A DNA stretch of 64,000 nt from Callorhinchus milii (taxonomy: Eukaryota): positions 1,612,001 to 1,676,000 of the forward strand of contig NW_024704743.1 of NCBI RefSeq assembly GCF_018977255.1. The letters run 5' to 3'. The notes beneath the pieces were generated by a model. It did not search any database. It saw nothing but the letters and a program-made list of their open reading frames with translations, and was not told the DNA's origin. A program made the position numbers and the translations under genes. Positions 13,490 to 27,767 of the stretch are shown here, piece by piece. The number at the start of each line of letters is the position of its first letter. The stretch's first letter is position 1.

Positions 13490-16400
13490 CTGGAAAGAGA
13501 GCAGAATAGAGGGCAGGTTATTCATATTCTCTGTGAAAGTGCACAATACCACAACTCAGTCCTCACTCGTCCACGACAGGACAGATTGGAAACCACATTA
13601 TTTGAAAATAAAATTCACCCCGTCAGCAGCTGTATCTTATACACTCTCCATGATCTTATAGAATGGCGGAACAGGCTTGAGGGGCTGAATGGCCTTCTCC
13701 TGTTCCTACGTTTCTGTGACTCTGATATTGGTGTGAACCGCAGTAGCCCCTCACCTCTGTATGTAATAGTCCTCGCGCCAATCACAGAGCTCATTTGCTC
13801 TCCACCGCACATCACAAGTACTCTGCTTTGTTTGTTGCCGTGTCGAATCTTTCACTGCGTACGCGTAGATAATAAAAATACTAATACTCCTTACATTTGA
13901 TAAAGCGCCATTTATGGGCGAAACGCGGCAGCCAATTGTGTACATCATTGTCCCACAAACGGATTGAGTGACCAAATTATTATTTTTTTTTGAAAGGATT
14001 ATCACCCCCGGAAAGCGATCCATCAATCGATTAATAACCAGGTTCCTCTTTACTGTTAGGCAAACAGAGGTGTTTGGAATAAGGAAACTTGACTAATGTT
14101 TTGTCCGTCCGGGAATCGAACCCAGGTCTCTTGCTTGAGTATACTCTAACCACTGAGCTACAGCACTTGTATCAATTTATATCAACTCGCCATTTAAGAA
14201 TGGAACAAAGTTGAGTAAATTAGCTTCCAAATGACGACTGAATTGAAGGATTTTACGCAATCTTAAAGTGGGAGACAAAATGATCTTCGGTGGACGTTTT
14301 GGACCTCGGGTATCAAGGCTGAGAGCTCAGTGGTTAGAGCACTCGCTTCGCAAATGAGAGACCTGAGTTCAATCCCAGGCAGAGGGCGAAACCTCGGGCA
14401 AGTTTCCTTACCCCACACAGAGCCTAATAATAATCCTCCAAAACCAAAAACAGTAATAAATTGGTCATTTTCAATCTATGACTGTTTGTGGGACATTGCT
14501 GTGCGCAATTGGCCGCCGCGTTCGCCCACAAATATACAGTCAATGTGCTTGCGGCCAGCCTCCCATCTCACCCCCACTCCCAGCGCAGAGTCCAGGCTCC
14601 CCCACTGTTACGTGCTCTGAGATGCTGTGAGGAGGCAGCAATACAAGAGAACGTTGTTGTCGTTGATAGGCCTGGCTGGGGTTGGGCACATCGCTCCCTC
14701 CATCCTTAATTGGGAGGTTTATCTGATCCCTAGAACCGCCTGTGCCCTCAATCGGTGGGAGAGATTTGCAGTTAAGATATCCAAATACTACAATCATTGT
14801 GATTAAGTGCATAAAGCAAGAGAAACGGGATGGATTCTCATCACAGAGCATGAATTAAGCTGGGATCTTGATTTACAGAGGTGCAATTACACATAGCAGT
14901 GTGATAACTTACATTTATAAAGTGCCTGTCATGCAAAATAAACCTCTCAGTGCTGTACAAAATGAATTAGAAATGAATTAAATGTTGTTTTGCAGTCAAA
15001 TATGCCAGTTAATTTGCGTCCAGTGACTTCTGAATGCAGTTAATTGGATTAATTGCATGAATTTGAAGCCATGTTACTCTAAAATAGCAACTAGAGAAAA
15101 GTATTTTCGAGACCACCTCAAAGCAAGGTCGATATCTAAATTAATGACTGAATTGACGAAGCAATGATGATCTAAAAGCAAACAAACTTGTATTCAATAT
15201 TGGGCGGTGCGTTTCATATAGGGCCTTTTCATGTCTTCAAGACGTCTCAAATATATTGTAAAGCGAATGGGCTGTTTATTTTGTGGGTGCGAATTGCGCA
15301 CACAGCAGCGTTCCACAAACAGTCGTGGAATGAGTGACCAAATTATTATTATTATATTTGGAAGGGATTATTACCTCCGGAAAAGTGATCTGACAATCGA
15401 CTAACAACCGGGTTCCTACTTACTGTTAGGTAAACAGAGGTGCGTGTGTGGAGTAAGGAAACTTGCCCAATGTTTCGCCCCGCCCGGGAATCAAACCCAG
15501 GTCCTTTCGCTTGTTAGCTAGCTAGCAAACAAGCAAACAGGGAGATTAGGGGAATTTTATTTAATGCACAGAGTAGTTAGGAGCAGTGCTCGAAGCAGAA
15601 TCTATATTAGCTTTAAAAAGGGACCTAGATAGATATCTAACTAGAAATGAACCACAGGGCAGGGAAATGGACAGTGCTTTAAAAGGCCTGTAGCTCAGTG
15701 GTTAGAGCACTCGTCTCGAAAGTAGACGGCCCGGTTGACGGCAGTTGTTAGTTGACTGGCAAATCGTTTTCCAGGGGTATTGACTCCTCCAAAAAAAATG
15801 GGTCACTCAATCCATGGGTCACTCAAAAAATGGGTCACTCAATCCATGACTGTTTATGGGGCACTGCTGTGGCAATTGGCTGCCACATTTTGCCCGCTAA
15901 ACGCGCAGTCAATCCACTTTGCAATGAAGTGCTTTGAGACATCTCGAAGACGTGATAAGACATAAATTATTTTTTAAAAAGAGCCAGCGCAGACCTTCGT
16001 TGTCATGCATAAAAGGGCACTTATCCTATGTCTTTCTCCATTGCTGTCCTTTAGCCTGTGTTCCAGTACAGAAAGATTGACGCGAGATTTCCTCGTCATC
16101 TTCCATCCAACAATCATGAATCACTGTGATCGTAAACATGTTGTACTGGAGAGTGTGGTCTGCACACTTCTCTAGTGAAACAGCAAAGTCAAGATTCCAG
16201 TAGATACAGTCCTACCGTCAGAAGCAAGCCCCTAATCTCTGAAACACTCTCTCAAAATCCCTTTGCCTCACTCCTTTGCCTACCTTAAAAATCTCTTTCA
16301 CTCTCTGCAATTATGTTCACAGTCAGTACCCTCACCCCAGCTTAGTGACCCACATCTTCTCTGTAATGCTCTTTGAGTTATTAACCTAAATGAAAGGGAA

Positions 16401-17039
16401 CGTTTAAGTGCAAATCATTTTTTGTACAATCATTAAAATTCAAACGAGTAAATGCACTGACGATTTGGGCACCGAGTCAACTAAATGCCAAAAAATAAAT
16501 CAGGGTTCAGGATACAAACAGGAAAATGAGGAAAAGTGTTGACGCTTTTGTTGATTATTGAGAGAAGGATCAAGCCTCGTGTCAGAACTTGGAACTGGCA
16601 GTCTATGCTGACGCTCCCATGGAGTGGTGTGTGAGCTGTATTGTTGGAGGTGCCGCTGTTCAGACGAGATATTAAATTGAGGCCCCGCCTGCCTTGATCA
16701 GGAGGTGAATGTCAAAGATCCCGTGTGCCTAGGGAGTTTCTCCCGGTGTCCCTGGCCCAATCCCCCAAATAAAAATGGGCAAATAGGCTGCCATGTTCGC
16801 CTACAAATACAATCACAACATTTCGTTTCACAAATCTGAAGCTCTTTGACGTGTCCTCCTGACTTGAAAGGTGCTGTACCAAACGCAAGGATTATGATTA
16901 GTATTATTATTTGATCGCGAGTCTGGTGCTGCAACATTCAGGACAAAGAATGCGATTTTTCAGCAAGAAGAATTCATAACAACACCCAGCAAGCAGGACA
17001 GCATCGCAGTTGGACACTGCCATTTTCCTTATGGATCTT

Positions 17040-17460
17040 TTCCATCACACCGGACCTCGCCGGGCTCCACTGGCTCCCAATCACCGAACGGATCGATTTC
17101 AAGATCCTCTCACTCGTTTTCAAATCTCTTCATACCCTCGCACCTCCCCCATCCCACTTACCCACCCCCCTATTCCACCACCCACTGCCTCTGCTTAGTT
17201 GGCTCCAGCCTTCAAACTGTCGCTCGTGCCCTCCGCTCCACCAACGGTAGCCGTGCCTTCATCCGCTGCGCTCCGAAGCTCCAGAACTCTCTCCCTCAAG
17301 TCCTCCGCCTTGTCCCCTCCATCCCACCTTCGAATTTTGCTTAAAGACCTTCTTTTTTGACCACGTTTATTATGGTCACCTCCCCCTTCCCTCAGGATCA
17401 GACTCCGCCACTGTCAAGCGCTCCGGGACTCTACCCCGCATGAAGGGCGCTGTGTTGTTT
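17040..17460 (+). mobile_element. L2-clade LINE 3' fragment
   Basis: ctccactggctccc...gatcgatttcaagatcctc (LHWLP..RIDFKIL) followed by the aagcgct...tgaagggcgct tail. Confidence 0.8.
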
Positions 17461-20400
17461 CCAACATCTCTGAGGGCAGCGGAGAGAAAACACGGCAACA
17501 AAGCCAGAACTTTCTGGGAAAGTACATCAAGTTGCCTGGAAAGATAGGTGTGACCCTGGAATGCGTGGGGCAGGGAAGTGCATTTATGGAATACAATGCG
17601 AACTTTGGAGCTTTTGCCAGTACAAAATATTTGTCCATTGTCCACCTCGGCCATGAGGGTTATGACTCACACAGCGAAGGGCAAGCCTGTAATATTTTAC
17701 CGATGGCCAAATTGATAAGCCACTGCCCTAGATTGTTGTGGACAATCCATTGTTTTCTTGAAAAAGAGTTATTGAACCCACATAAAGTTCATCGACTACG
17801 ATGGTAAGAGTTGGGTGGTTATTTCGGAAACACAAGAGCAAATGGATCGAAAGGCTTTCTACACCTACAAATCTCTCTTGCGATCTTGTGACACGCAAAT
17901 AGATTGTGACTGGTGATCTTGCCAGGAGAAAAGCAATGACCCAATTACATTTCAAATAAATCTGGGTTTGGATCTCAGAAGGACATGGGGGTAAATGAGA
18001 GTTATTAACTCTCAGTAGGTTTTTTTCAGACAGCCTCAGGTCCTGAAATAACCTGTTCAATGGCCTGGAATTTTACATTCCAAGGTCCTGCGTAGCAGGG
18101 CCACCAGTTGGTGTCAGTATTCGGCCAAACGCCAGAATTTAAGAACAGAAGAACTGCCCCAACCCTAAAAACTCCTAACATACAAAGTCTTACGAAGAGC
18201 CCAGAGGTCGAAACCTGCTCTTTGCCTGAAGAGTTCCAGTGCTGCGGCAGGCAGTGCCTTTAATAGGGAACGATTAAAGCATTTGAGCTATAATGGAGTC
18301 CTGTAGCTCAGTGGTTAGAGCATTCGGCCCATTCCCGGAACCTTAGGTAGCTTTCCTTACTGCACATACCTTGGTTCATCTAACAGGAAGTAGGAACCCA
18401 GTTGTTAGTCGATTGGCAGATCGCTTTTCCTTAAACAAAATGTGGTCACGCCGTGCATGACGGCTTGTGGAACATTGCTGTGCGCAACTGGCTGCCCGTA
18501 AAATATATACAGTCATAAAATATTTACAGTACATTCTGTGACGTGTTTGAGACGTCTCAATGACGTGATAAGGCGCTATTTCAAATTCAAGGATTATCAT
18601 CATTATTATTGTTATCCATTCCACGAAATTGCCTGTAACTCAACAATTTGCATTCATACAAGTATAATATATTTACATTACATCTCGCAGCAGCGTGTCT
18701 CGGAGCACGGTTGAGGAAGGGAGAAGAGGTAGAGGGAGGTAAGCATAGGCACAAAATACTGCAGAAGACAAATTTAGAGTAGTCAGTGTGGCTCACAAAT
18801 ACCAGAGAGCAATTGGACGGCTGTGAGCAAATCTCAGGGACCAGAAGGCAGAAATAAACCTCTCAACCTTACTCTGGGATATATTTTATAGAGGTCATCC
18901 TTATCAATGGGTTCAATTGCTTCCTTGTAGCTTATCCATTATTCTTCATACAGATGCGAGGGGAGAAAAACATATCAATCAGAAGACGGCTCTGCTGTTT
19001 ATAAGAGCCCAGTTCTGCTGTTGACGGGCACTGCTCATTTTCAAAGGAACAACAAAGCCCAGATAGTCAAGCAGCAGCTGTGCAGAACTGACTGGGTTGC
19101 ACAAGTTAAACATCTACAACAACTTGTAGGGTCTCAGAGCGCTTTACATAGTTTGACTCCAGGCTGGGGAAGTGACTGTCGAAGAGGAAAATCTTCAGGT
19201 GGTGAGGCTGAGCGGCGATGGCACAAGTCTCCCGCCTGCCTTTGTTTGTCAATCTCAGTGGACTAACCAGTCAACTTTCCCCTTGGGGAGGGGAAAGGAG
19301 AGGGGGAGCAGGGAGATGCGAACGTTGACAGATAAGCAGGGTGCCTTTTGGGGTTCAGCTGGCTCCAAGCTGCATTTGAATACTGATATACATGTGTGCA
19401 TATATATATATATGTGTGTGTGTGTGTATTTGAATACACAATATATACAGTCAATTCACTTTATAGTCTATTCTGTGAAGCGCTTTGAGACATGTCAAAG
19501 ATGTGATGAGGAGCTTTATCAAAAGTAAGGATTATTATTATACTGTAAAATGAACTGACGTGGCAGTCAATTGTGCACAGCAGTCAATCCTCTGTGGCAG
19601 GTCAGTTCCACTTCCTGAGCCAGGCAGGTTCACAGTTCTCCATGGCATTGCTGGGGACAGCCACCTTGGCGCATGTGCTTTTGTCAGCATCACTGGAAGA
19701 TCAAACTAGTCACTAGGAGCAGGAATTCTTTCCACTCGTCTCCTGTTAACCCTACAACCTGAAGCCCTAATGGTTAGGGTAACCCAGCAACAGGAAGACA
19801 AGCAGCAGAAAGTTTTTGCCATTATGCCATTTGAGCATTATGCTCAAATGTCTCCAGGGAGAAAGTCTGAACTCTCACAAGTTTGGTTTAGAGACTATTA
19901 AACAACAATAATAATCCTTGCATTTGATATAGTGCCTTATCATGTCTTCAAGACGTCTCAAAGCCCTTCACAGGATACACTGTAAAGTGAATTGACTGAG
20001 TATTCTGAGTATTGTGGGGGAAACACAGCGGTCAGTTGCAGACAGCAGTGTCCCACAAACAGTAGAGGATTGAGTGACCAATTTATTATTTTTTTAAAAC
20101 ATTTTTGTAGGGATTATTACCCCCGGAAAGCGATCCGCCAATCGACTAACAACTGGGTTCCTACTTACTGCTAGGTAAGAGGCATGTGCGTGGAGTAAGG
20201 AAACTTGCCCAGCATTTCGCCCTACCCGGGATTCAAATCCGGGTCCTTTCACTTGCGAAGCGAGCGCTCTAACCACTGAGCTGCAGAACTCTACACCTGA
20301 GAATCTCCAACAACGCAGCACTCTCCTAACACGGTACTGGAGTTTCAGCTGAGGCTGCGAGTTCAAAGTCCGGATGAGGCTTGAACACACTTCCTTTTGA

Positions 20401-23400
20401 CTTAGAGGTAAGAGTGCCGTAGTCTGAGCCAGACTGACCGATGCCATGTTAAAGCTAAGAGGTTTAATTTTGAGTCACGCTCACTTGACCACAGCTACAA
20501 GAACATTCAAGCTTATTGTGCCCAGTGTGCACTCTGGTTGGAAAGATAACTTCAGGATAACCTCCTAAAGCATCAGGGCCTCAGTTTTGCTTCTGGCTTC
20601 TGTCAGGGAGCCCGAGGGACAAGTCTTCAATCAGTCTCAGATAAGCGTTCAAACAACAGAGCTTCTACAATACCAGACTGACTGAGGCCATGCAGAGACT
20701 GCAAGCTTTCCCCCACACCCCTACCAAATCACCCTGGGGCCTAAAGTTCCAACTAGTCTTTGCCAGCATCTCATCATAAAACTGATGATTTCTCAGTTTT
20801 AAACGGTGATTTGCCCCCCACCCCACCCCAGGACGGACGACTTTCAAATGAAGGCGGATTTGAATGGTTTTCCACAATCCAGCATTGATCTTTAAATTTT
20901 AAGTTAAAATAGCCTCAAATGACTACGTTTAAATGTGGAGTTTCGAGCTCCTGGTATAAAGGAGTCCTGTATGGTTAGAGGAAGCGGGTTCGATTCCCGG
21001 GTGTGAAACCTCAGGCAAGTTTCCTTACTCCACACACACGCCTCTGTTTACCTACCAGTAAATAGGAACCTGGTTGTTAGGGGACATAACTTGTGTCCTA
21101 ATTTAGGGGGGGGGGGGGTTGGGGGAAGGAGAAGTGAAGACAGGCGATGTTGTGGAATTGAAGAAAGCAGAGAGAGTCAGAGGATTTAGAGGATGATCAA
21201 GGGTAGAACACGACACCGGGTCCTTAAGTGCCTGTACAGCGGATGCTGTCAGCACCTGAGGTGAGAATTACTGGCGGGAGAGACTAGGTGTCGGGAACAT
21301 TCGATTGAAGAAAAACAGAACTCATGACTTGATGCTTGAAGGCCATCAGTCACAAAGGACCAGTGGGCTTGGAGTTGAGGGGAGAGGCAGTGAGATAGAG
21401 TTCAGGCATCATCTACAACCCACTGTTCAAAGGAAATATTTGAATGTAGGTGAATTGAAAGTATGGTCCCAATGTAAACACACTCAGGTTTGTTGCCCAG
21501 CAATGCTGGAGTCAGGGGGGGGTGGGGGGGGGTGGGGAGGGGGGGGGTGAGGGTGAGTCTGCACCAGGCTATTAGACAATTGGCAGATCGCTTTCAGTAA
21601 TAATACCTCCCCGCAAAAAATTGTCAGTCAATCCACGACTGTGTGGGGATGGGGAACCATATTTTACCCAAACACACAGTTAATGCACTTTATCGTATAT
21701 TCTGTGAAGCGCTTTGAGATGTCTCAATGACCCGATAAGGACTATATCAAATGCAAGTATGATTATTATTGTTTTCATTTGATCAAATAATCATCATCCT
21801 TGCATTTGATATCTCACTTTTCACAGCAACGGGAGGATGTCGTAAAGTGCTTCGCAGGATCTACCACAAAGTGCAGCGACTGTGCGTTTTGTGGGCAAAC
21901 ACAGTAGCCAATTTGCGCACAGCAGTGTCCTGCAAATGGACGGAAATTATGGAATATTACTATAAAGAACAGGCCATTCTGTCCCCTTCAAGTCTGCATT
22001 AGTGTATATTTCTCCACATGAACTAGCTAATCTAATATTATTAATGCTCACACTCCATATTACAATGCCTCATATCTCCATGTTAATTATATCCACTTAA
22101 TTTGCATTAGGCACCGACACAGAAATGTAGTGAAGCCATGGTACCCCCATTAAAAGTTAAGTTTTTGCCAGAGCGAGGTTCCCAAGGCATGTGATTTGCT
22201 TTGCCCATAAAACGGGACTGCAGACCAGTATGTGAGGCAAGTGTGTTTATTGCGGTAACAGGGAGAGGGTTGGATTGAGAAAGTCAGAGAGAGAGAGAGA
22301 GAGGAGAGTGATAGAGAATGTTAGAAAGACATAGAAAATTTGTGTCTGAAAAAAGGCAGAGAGAGAGAGAGAGAGAGAAGAGAGAGCTGACATAATTGTA
22401 TTATAGAACCATCGTAATCTTGACAGAAATTCTTTGATTAGTGCTTATTGTCATTTTATATTGGGTTCAGTCCCAATTAGTTCGTAATATCGTCTCACTA
22501 CTGTAAATCTTGGTCGAAAGAACCATGCAGTTTATCCAATGAGGTAACCCTGCCTGTAAGTAGTAGTTACTCCCTCGCACTGTATGTTGGATTATGTATT
22601 TAGTCACAATTCAAACGTGTAAACCTGCAAGTTATCCTCACGGGTTCTTAAGTTATCTACTTGTGACTCATTGCTCTGTGCCCATGGTTTGCACATAGCG
22701 CAGAGACGCTTGCACCGAGACCGCCCCTTTAGGCAGTCCGAGGGCAAGTGGCGGTAGAGCCTCGGTGGAATGCAAATGGGTCAGAAGGCAGGAAAACGCT
22801 GCCGCATGGTGGCCAAGCGGTGAACTGAACGATGTTCAGTACCACTGCACCGCAGGGAGTAGAATCGCATACAGGCGTATTTATTTCGTTGTGCTCTCTC
22901 ACCAGGTACTCGCTATCCACCAAGTGTCAATCCTGCAACTCCCTGCCTCAATCGCCCGCCTGGCCTCCCCCCTGCCCCCTCTTTATTTATCTTTAAACCC
23001 CCATCGTCGACTACATCCGTGGTCAACTCCCCGTCCTCTTTCGCTCAGCATTCAACCCACGACTGTACGAGGCTATCCCACATGAAGCACTATTGGGAGC
23101 AGAGGACATACACATACACACAATACGCATGCCCGCGCACACGCTCGCACGCGCGCAAATCCTGCATAAGGTGTGCACCAATTTTATAGAAACAAGAGGC
23201 CATTCAGCTCATCGAGCCCAAAGTGGCGCTCACTCCACTCAACACAGCAAAGAACTTCACCCCGAGTCTCGCTTGTGACTCTGGAGGGAGGATTTGGAGT
23301 TGAGGTATGAACTAATAATCCTGTATCTCAGTGGTTAGATCACTCGCCTGACAAGCTGGGCGATTCCCGGCAGGGTGAAACCTTGGGTGAGTTTCCTTAC

Positions 23401-26400
23401 TCCACGCGCTGATAGTAATCCCTCAAGAAAAAGAAAACAAAAAAACCCAGAAATAAATTGGTCACTTCAATCCATGACTGCTTGCGGGGACGCTGCTGTG
23501 CGCAATTGGCTGCCGCGTTTCGCTCACAGAACACACAGTCACTTTACTTTGCAGTATATTCTGTGAAGCTCTTTGAGACGTCTCAAAGACGTGAAAAGCG
23601 CTGTATCACGTGCCAGGGTTATTATGATTTATTTTATTATTGCGGGGCAGTATGGGTTACTATTGTTCCCTTGATATCAAATGGGTTCTTGTGAATTCCT
23701 CGTTTATTCCTTTCACAAATCTGCGTCAAGTTTCCTATCAAATGTTTTCAGCCTCCAATTGCTATTTCTGGCAAAGCATTCCATATTCCAACAGGCCCAC
23801 GACCGGGGTCCCCCCTCAACTCTCCCAGTGATGCCCCTAATCTCCCATCCCCCAAGTTACCAATCTATCAGTCTGGCCGTGGGAGACGTCACTTTCCATT
23901 GAAAACAATAGACTGTGCGTGAGGTCGCATGACCACTGACTGGTTGCCTTGACTTGTGGGCTTAAAACTCTACAACTACGCCGGGCTTAGAAGTCAAATT
24001 ATAAATCATGAAGTCAGTCCTAATCAATCAGGATTCTTTGGATGCACTTGCCTTGGTGAAGTGCTTGCTTTCTCACAAGGAATGCCAACGTTGCGCAGTC
24101 ATTACACAGTGTGAGGGGTAAAGGCTGCTATCCAACACAATGCAGGCAGTTCGCAGCAACTGCGAACGCATTCCATTCCTTATTTTAAAGAATGTTTATT
24201 GATTAGCTGAAAAATGACTATTCAAACCCTTCTTGATGACCATTCCCCTGTTCCCCCCCCTGACTTTGGCACAATGGCTTGGACGGATCTCTTCCCCCAA
24301 TCACTCATCAACTATCTTAAGCTCTGGCTTAAGTCCCTTGAACACTTCTTAAATCACGTTAAAGACCCCATGAGACTATTGAAAGAAAAAAAAAGGACTT
24401 TCTCCTAGTCTTCTGATTAACGATCTTCCAGTTCAAATTCGTAGGTCAACCCATGGTTGTTTGTGGGGCATTGCCTTGCGCAAAACGGCTGCAGCATTTG
24501 CCTACGAATGCAGTCACTACACTAATTGCTGTAATTGAATTGAACGTGATAATGTGCAATAGAAATAACTCTAACTCTTTTTACCCTAATCTCTCCATTC
24601 AATTTCCTTGCGATCTTGAAGATGTACTTCTCAACCACATGGTTACATTGAACACACTGGTGTCTGTAAACAGTACTGTATACAAAGATTTATCTTTTCC
24701 TCATAACTTCATAAAACTTAATAGTTTTCCTTACATTTGATGCAGCGTCTTATTTACAAATATTAAGGCATCACAAAGTGTTTCACGGGAATTACCGTAA
24801 ACTTTGCGCCCTTCATGCGGGGTAGCGTCCCAGAGCACTTGAGTCTGACCCCAAGCCGGGGGAGGGAGGAAATTTAGTGACTGTGTATTTTGTAGGCAAA
24901 CTCGGCAGCTATGTCCTAGGAAGCGAATGGCCAATTTTATTGTGTAGAGGATTGTTAGCCACCATCAATAAGATCACCTCCTTCTCCTCTTCCACCGAAT
25001 TTTACTTTCTCCACCGTAAGCATCTAAAGCTCGAAACAGCTTGTGATCATTGCCATAGATTTGAAGATGGTGCAGAATTTCAGAAGAATCATCCAAATTA
25101 AACAGAATTGAAATTCGAAAGTAACAACAATAAATAATCCTTGCATTTGATGTAGTGCTTTATCACGTCGCTGAGACGCTAGATCAAATGCAAGGACTAT
25201 TTACGTTTGCAAATAATCAAGGGGCTTCACAGAATGTACTGTAAGGTGTAGTGACTGTGTGTTTTGGGGGCGAGGGTATCAGCAGGAGCTCATCTCGAAC
25301 CTCTGGGCCTCTTTTGCCAAGTTCAGTTTGGAGGTAGTACAAGTCAAACAGCCAGTGAGCCTGACACGGTGTCCACTCTGTGACAGGCAAACAAAAACCA
25401 AGTAAATTACGTGCGTGGCATAGCTGGACAAGCAGGCTGAGCGAACAGGAACAGCTTCACTCAGCCACCAAGGCCCGTTCGAGCTCAGAGCAAAGGTCAG
25501 TGTTGAAGAAAGGAATAAGAAGCCAGACTGTACACAGCAGGGAAAAAGGAAAATGGAGCATAACGCAGATTCTTGCAATAATAAGAACTTTTTACATCCA
25601 AAGTAACTTGTTACATTAGTGCTTCTAAGGTCCTTCATTCCTACAATAACAACACATTGATGCAGCACCATTCACGCGGGGTAGTGTTCTGGAGCGCTTA
25701 ACCGCTCCTACCTTAACCGCTAGGTATTGTGGCAAAGCAGCAAGTGTAATCACATCCAGCACTCTCCTATGTCTGCAGAAGGCTCTCCCCATTATAAGGC
25801 GCTATACAAATGTAATTTGTTGTGCTGCTGTTGCTATGGTCTCCGAATGTAATGCTAGTCAAACCCTACCGCACTGATGGCAAAACACAACCCTTGGACC
25901 CCAGTCTCTGCTCCCACAATGAATACAGAAAAATAGCTGGACGTAGAAAAGCTGGCAAATGAAATTTCAAATCAAAGCAAAGAGGACGGAGGAGAATTCG
26001 AGTGACCCTGGGTTTTAGCTGTTACATGATCAGCTGCTCCCTCTCATGGTCCATCAAAGTATTGTACCTTATCTGGAAACACGGCATCCCTTCACAAATA
26101 TTATTCCCCGCTCTTGATATATAAAAGACGTTCCATCACTCAATCCGAGACTGTTTGTGGGCACTCTGCTGTGCACAATTGGCTGCTGAGTATCGCCCAC
26201 AAAATGTACAATCAATTTACTTTACAGTGATAAGGCATTCTGTCAAATGAAAGGATTATTATTATATCTTCAAGGTCCACCTGAAAAACAGTGGCAGGAC
26301 CTCGGGTTAGTGTCTCATTTGAAGGACTGAACTTACAGCCCTTCCCCAGTGTTACCTTAGTGCAAGCCTGACCTGATGTGAGGACGAACCTTCTAACCCA

Positions 26401-26432
26401 GATGGGAGCAGATGAAGCCACAATGGACCTAC

Positions 26433-26920
26433 CTGGAGTACAAGTCTTCAGTCTTCCTGGTGCTGTTTTCTCTTGATTTACGCTCCAGGCTGGTGGATTC
26501 CGGAGCGAAGCTGACTTTCTTATTCTTCTCATGCGGGCCGGAGTTCAGATTGGATAGCGTTTTCCTCTCCTGGCCACTGTGGGCTGCCCTCCGATCCCTG
26601 TCCGACATCTTGTCCGTCGCCGGATCATCCAGGGCATCGCTGAAGATTCTGGCGTCTTGAGGTTTCAGGCTGCTGCGGACACCCAGGATTGAAGCGGGAG
26701 TTTTCTTCTGTGGATAATCCAGGACGGGAGTGGGCTCCGCTGGGATCATGCCGTCCGCAGACGGGTTGGGGCTCAGCCACTCTGGGCTGGCAGCGTTTTC
26801 CAGCATGCTGCCTGCCTGCCGTGCGTAGCATTTTAAGCCAGAACTGGAGTCGCTGTCGTTTGGTTGTAGAAAGAGGCTGGATCCCGAAGCCCTCTTGCTA
26901 AGGCGCTTCCTGGAAGAATC
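26433..26920 (-). CDS. MINDY4: MINDY4 exon 5 (DSSRKRLSKRASGSS...RKTEDLYS-R), low-complexity/disordered region
   Basis: Open frame of 488 nt continuous with ORF 26429-26806; acceptor gtgtag, donor AG|GTAGGT; phase 0/2; starts DS as the human exon does (DSFHRH). Confidence 0.88.
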
Positions 26921-27234
26921 CTACACAGCGTTTGAAAGAAACAAACATCAACTAGATGGGAGCACTCAGACAAATGGTACTGTACAAACGTTACAGCACA
27001 GCAACTTGCATTTCTATAGCGCCCCTCACGCAGAGTAGCGTCCCGGAGCGCTTATCAGTGGTGCAGCACAATGCTAGGCCAGGAAGAAGGTGACCTTAAG
27101 CACGGTCAAATAGGAAGGTCTTCAGGCACGACCAGGCAAGAAGAAAACATATGGCTGCAGGGTCTTTATCCACACCCGGTGATCCTGTGGCTCGGTTGAG
27201 TGAAACCCACCATATAATCGCTTGCTGTTGACCA

Positions 27235-27460
27235 GGTCTTTACACAGAGAATTGTTACAGTCTGGAATGCACTGCCTGAAATGCTGGTGGAAACTGATTC
27301 AATAACAACTTTCAAAAGGAAATTAAGATAGGGACTTGAAAAGCAAAATCTTGCAAGAATGTGGGGAGAGTGGGGGAATGGGACTGATTGGGTAGCTCTT
27401 CCAAAGAGCCGGCACGATGGGCCCAATGGCCTCCTCGTGCGCTGTAATATTTTATGATTC
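27235..27460 (+). mobile_element. CR1-clade LINE 3' end
   Basis: tttacacagagaattgtt...tggaatgcactgcct...ttcaaaagg...gatgggcccaatggcctcct, the CR1 terminal pattern. Related pieces at about 15540-15680, 38180-38350 (-), 53400-53720 and 55930-56230 (-). Confidence 0.78.
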
Positions 27461-27475
27461 TAAGTGCCTACGTAC

Positions 27476-27767
27476 CTCCTGCAAAGTGGCGACTGGCCCG
27501 GTCATCATGCCGCGTACAATCCGGCTGGACTTGATCTTGTGCGACTCTGTGCCTCTGCTCTCCACTGGGAACATGACAACTCTGCCACATTCCACGCTGC
27601 TCCCTGGTGGCAGGAGGCTGGTGGGCAGGAGCCCGGGTTCCCCTCCCGAAGGGCAGCCCCCGATGCTGTTGCTGCTGGAGATTCGCTCCTTTTTCTTGTG
27701 GATACTCTGCAGAGTCTTGGAGGAAGAAACAGACATACAGGGCGCACCATACGAATCATTAGGCAAT
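27476..27767 (-). CDS. MINDY4: MINDY4 exon 4 (LPNDSYGAP...KSSRIVRGMMTGPVATLQE)
   Basis: Conserved IVRGMM(S/T)GP motif; acceptor ttctgttttctag, donor GAG|GTACGT; 292 nt, phase 2/0. Confidence 0.93.

Noticed and set aside
22499..22553. Alternative candidate for MINDY4 exon 6 (VTSLDKLHGSFDQDLQ)
   Set aside because: The available GT donors leave phase 2, which is incompatible with the phase-1 start of exon 7.
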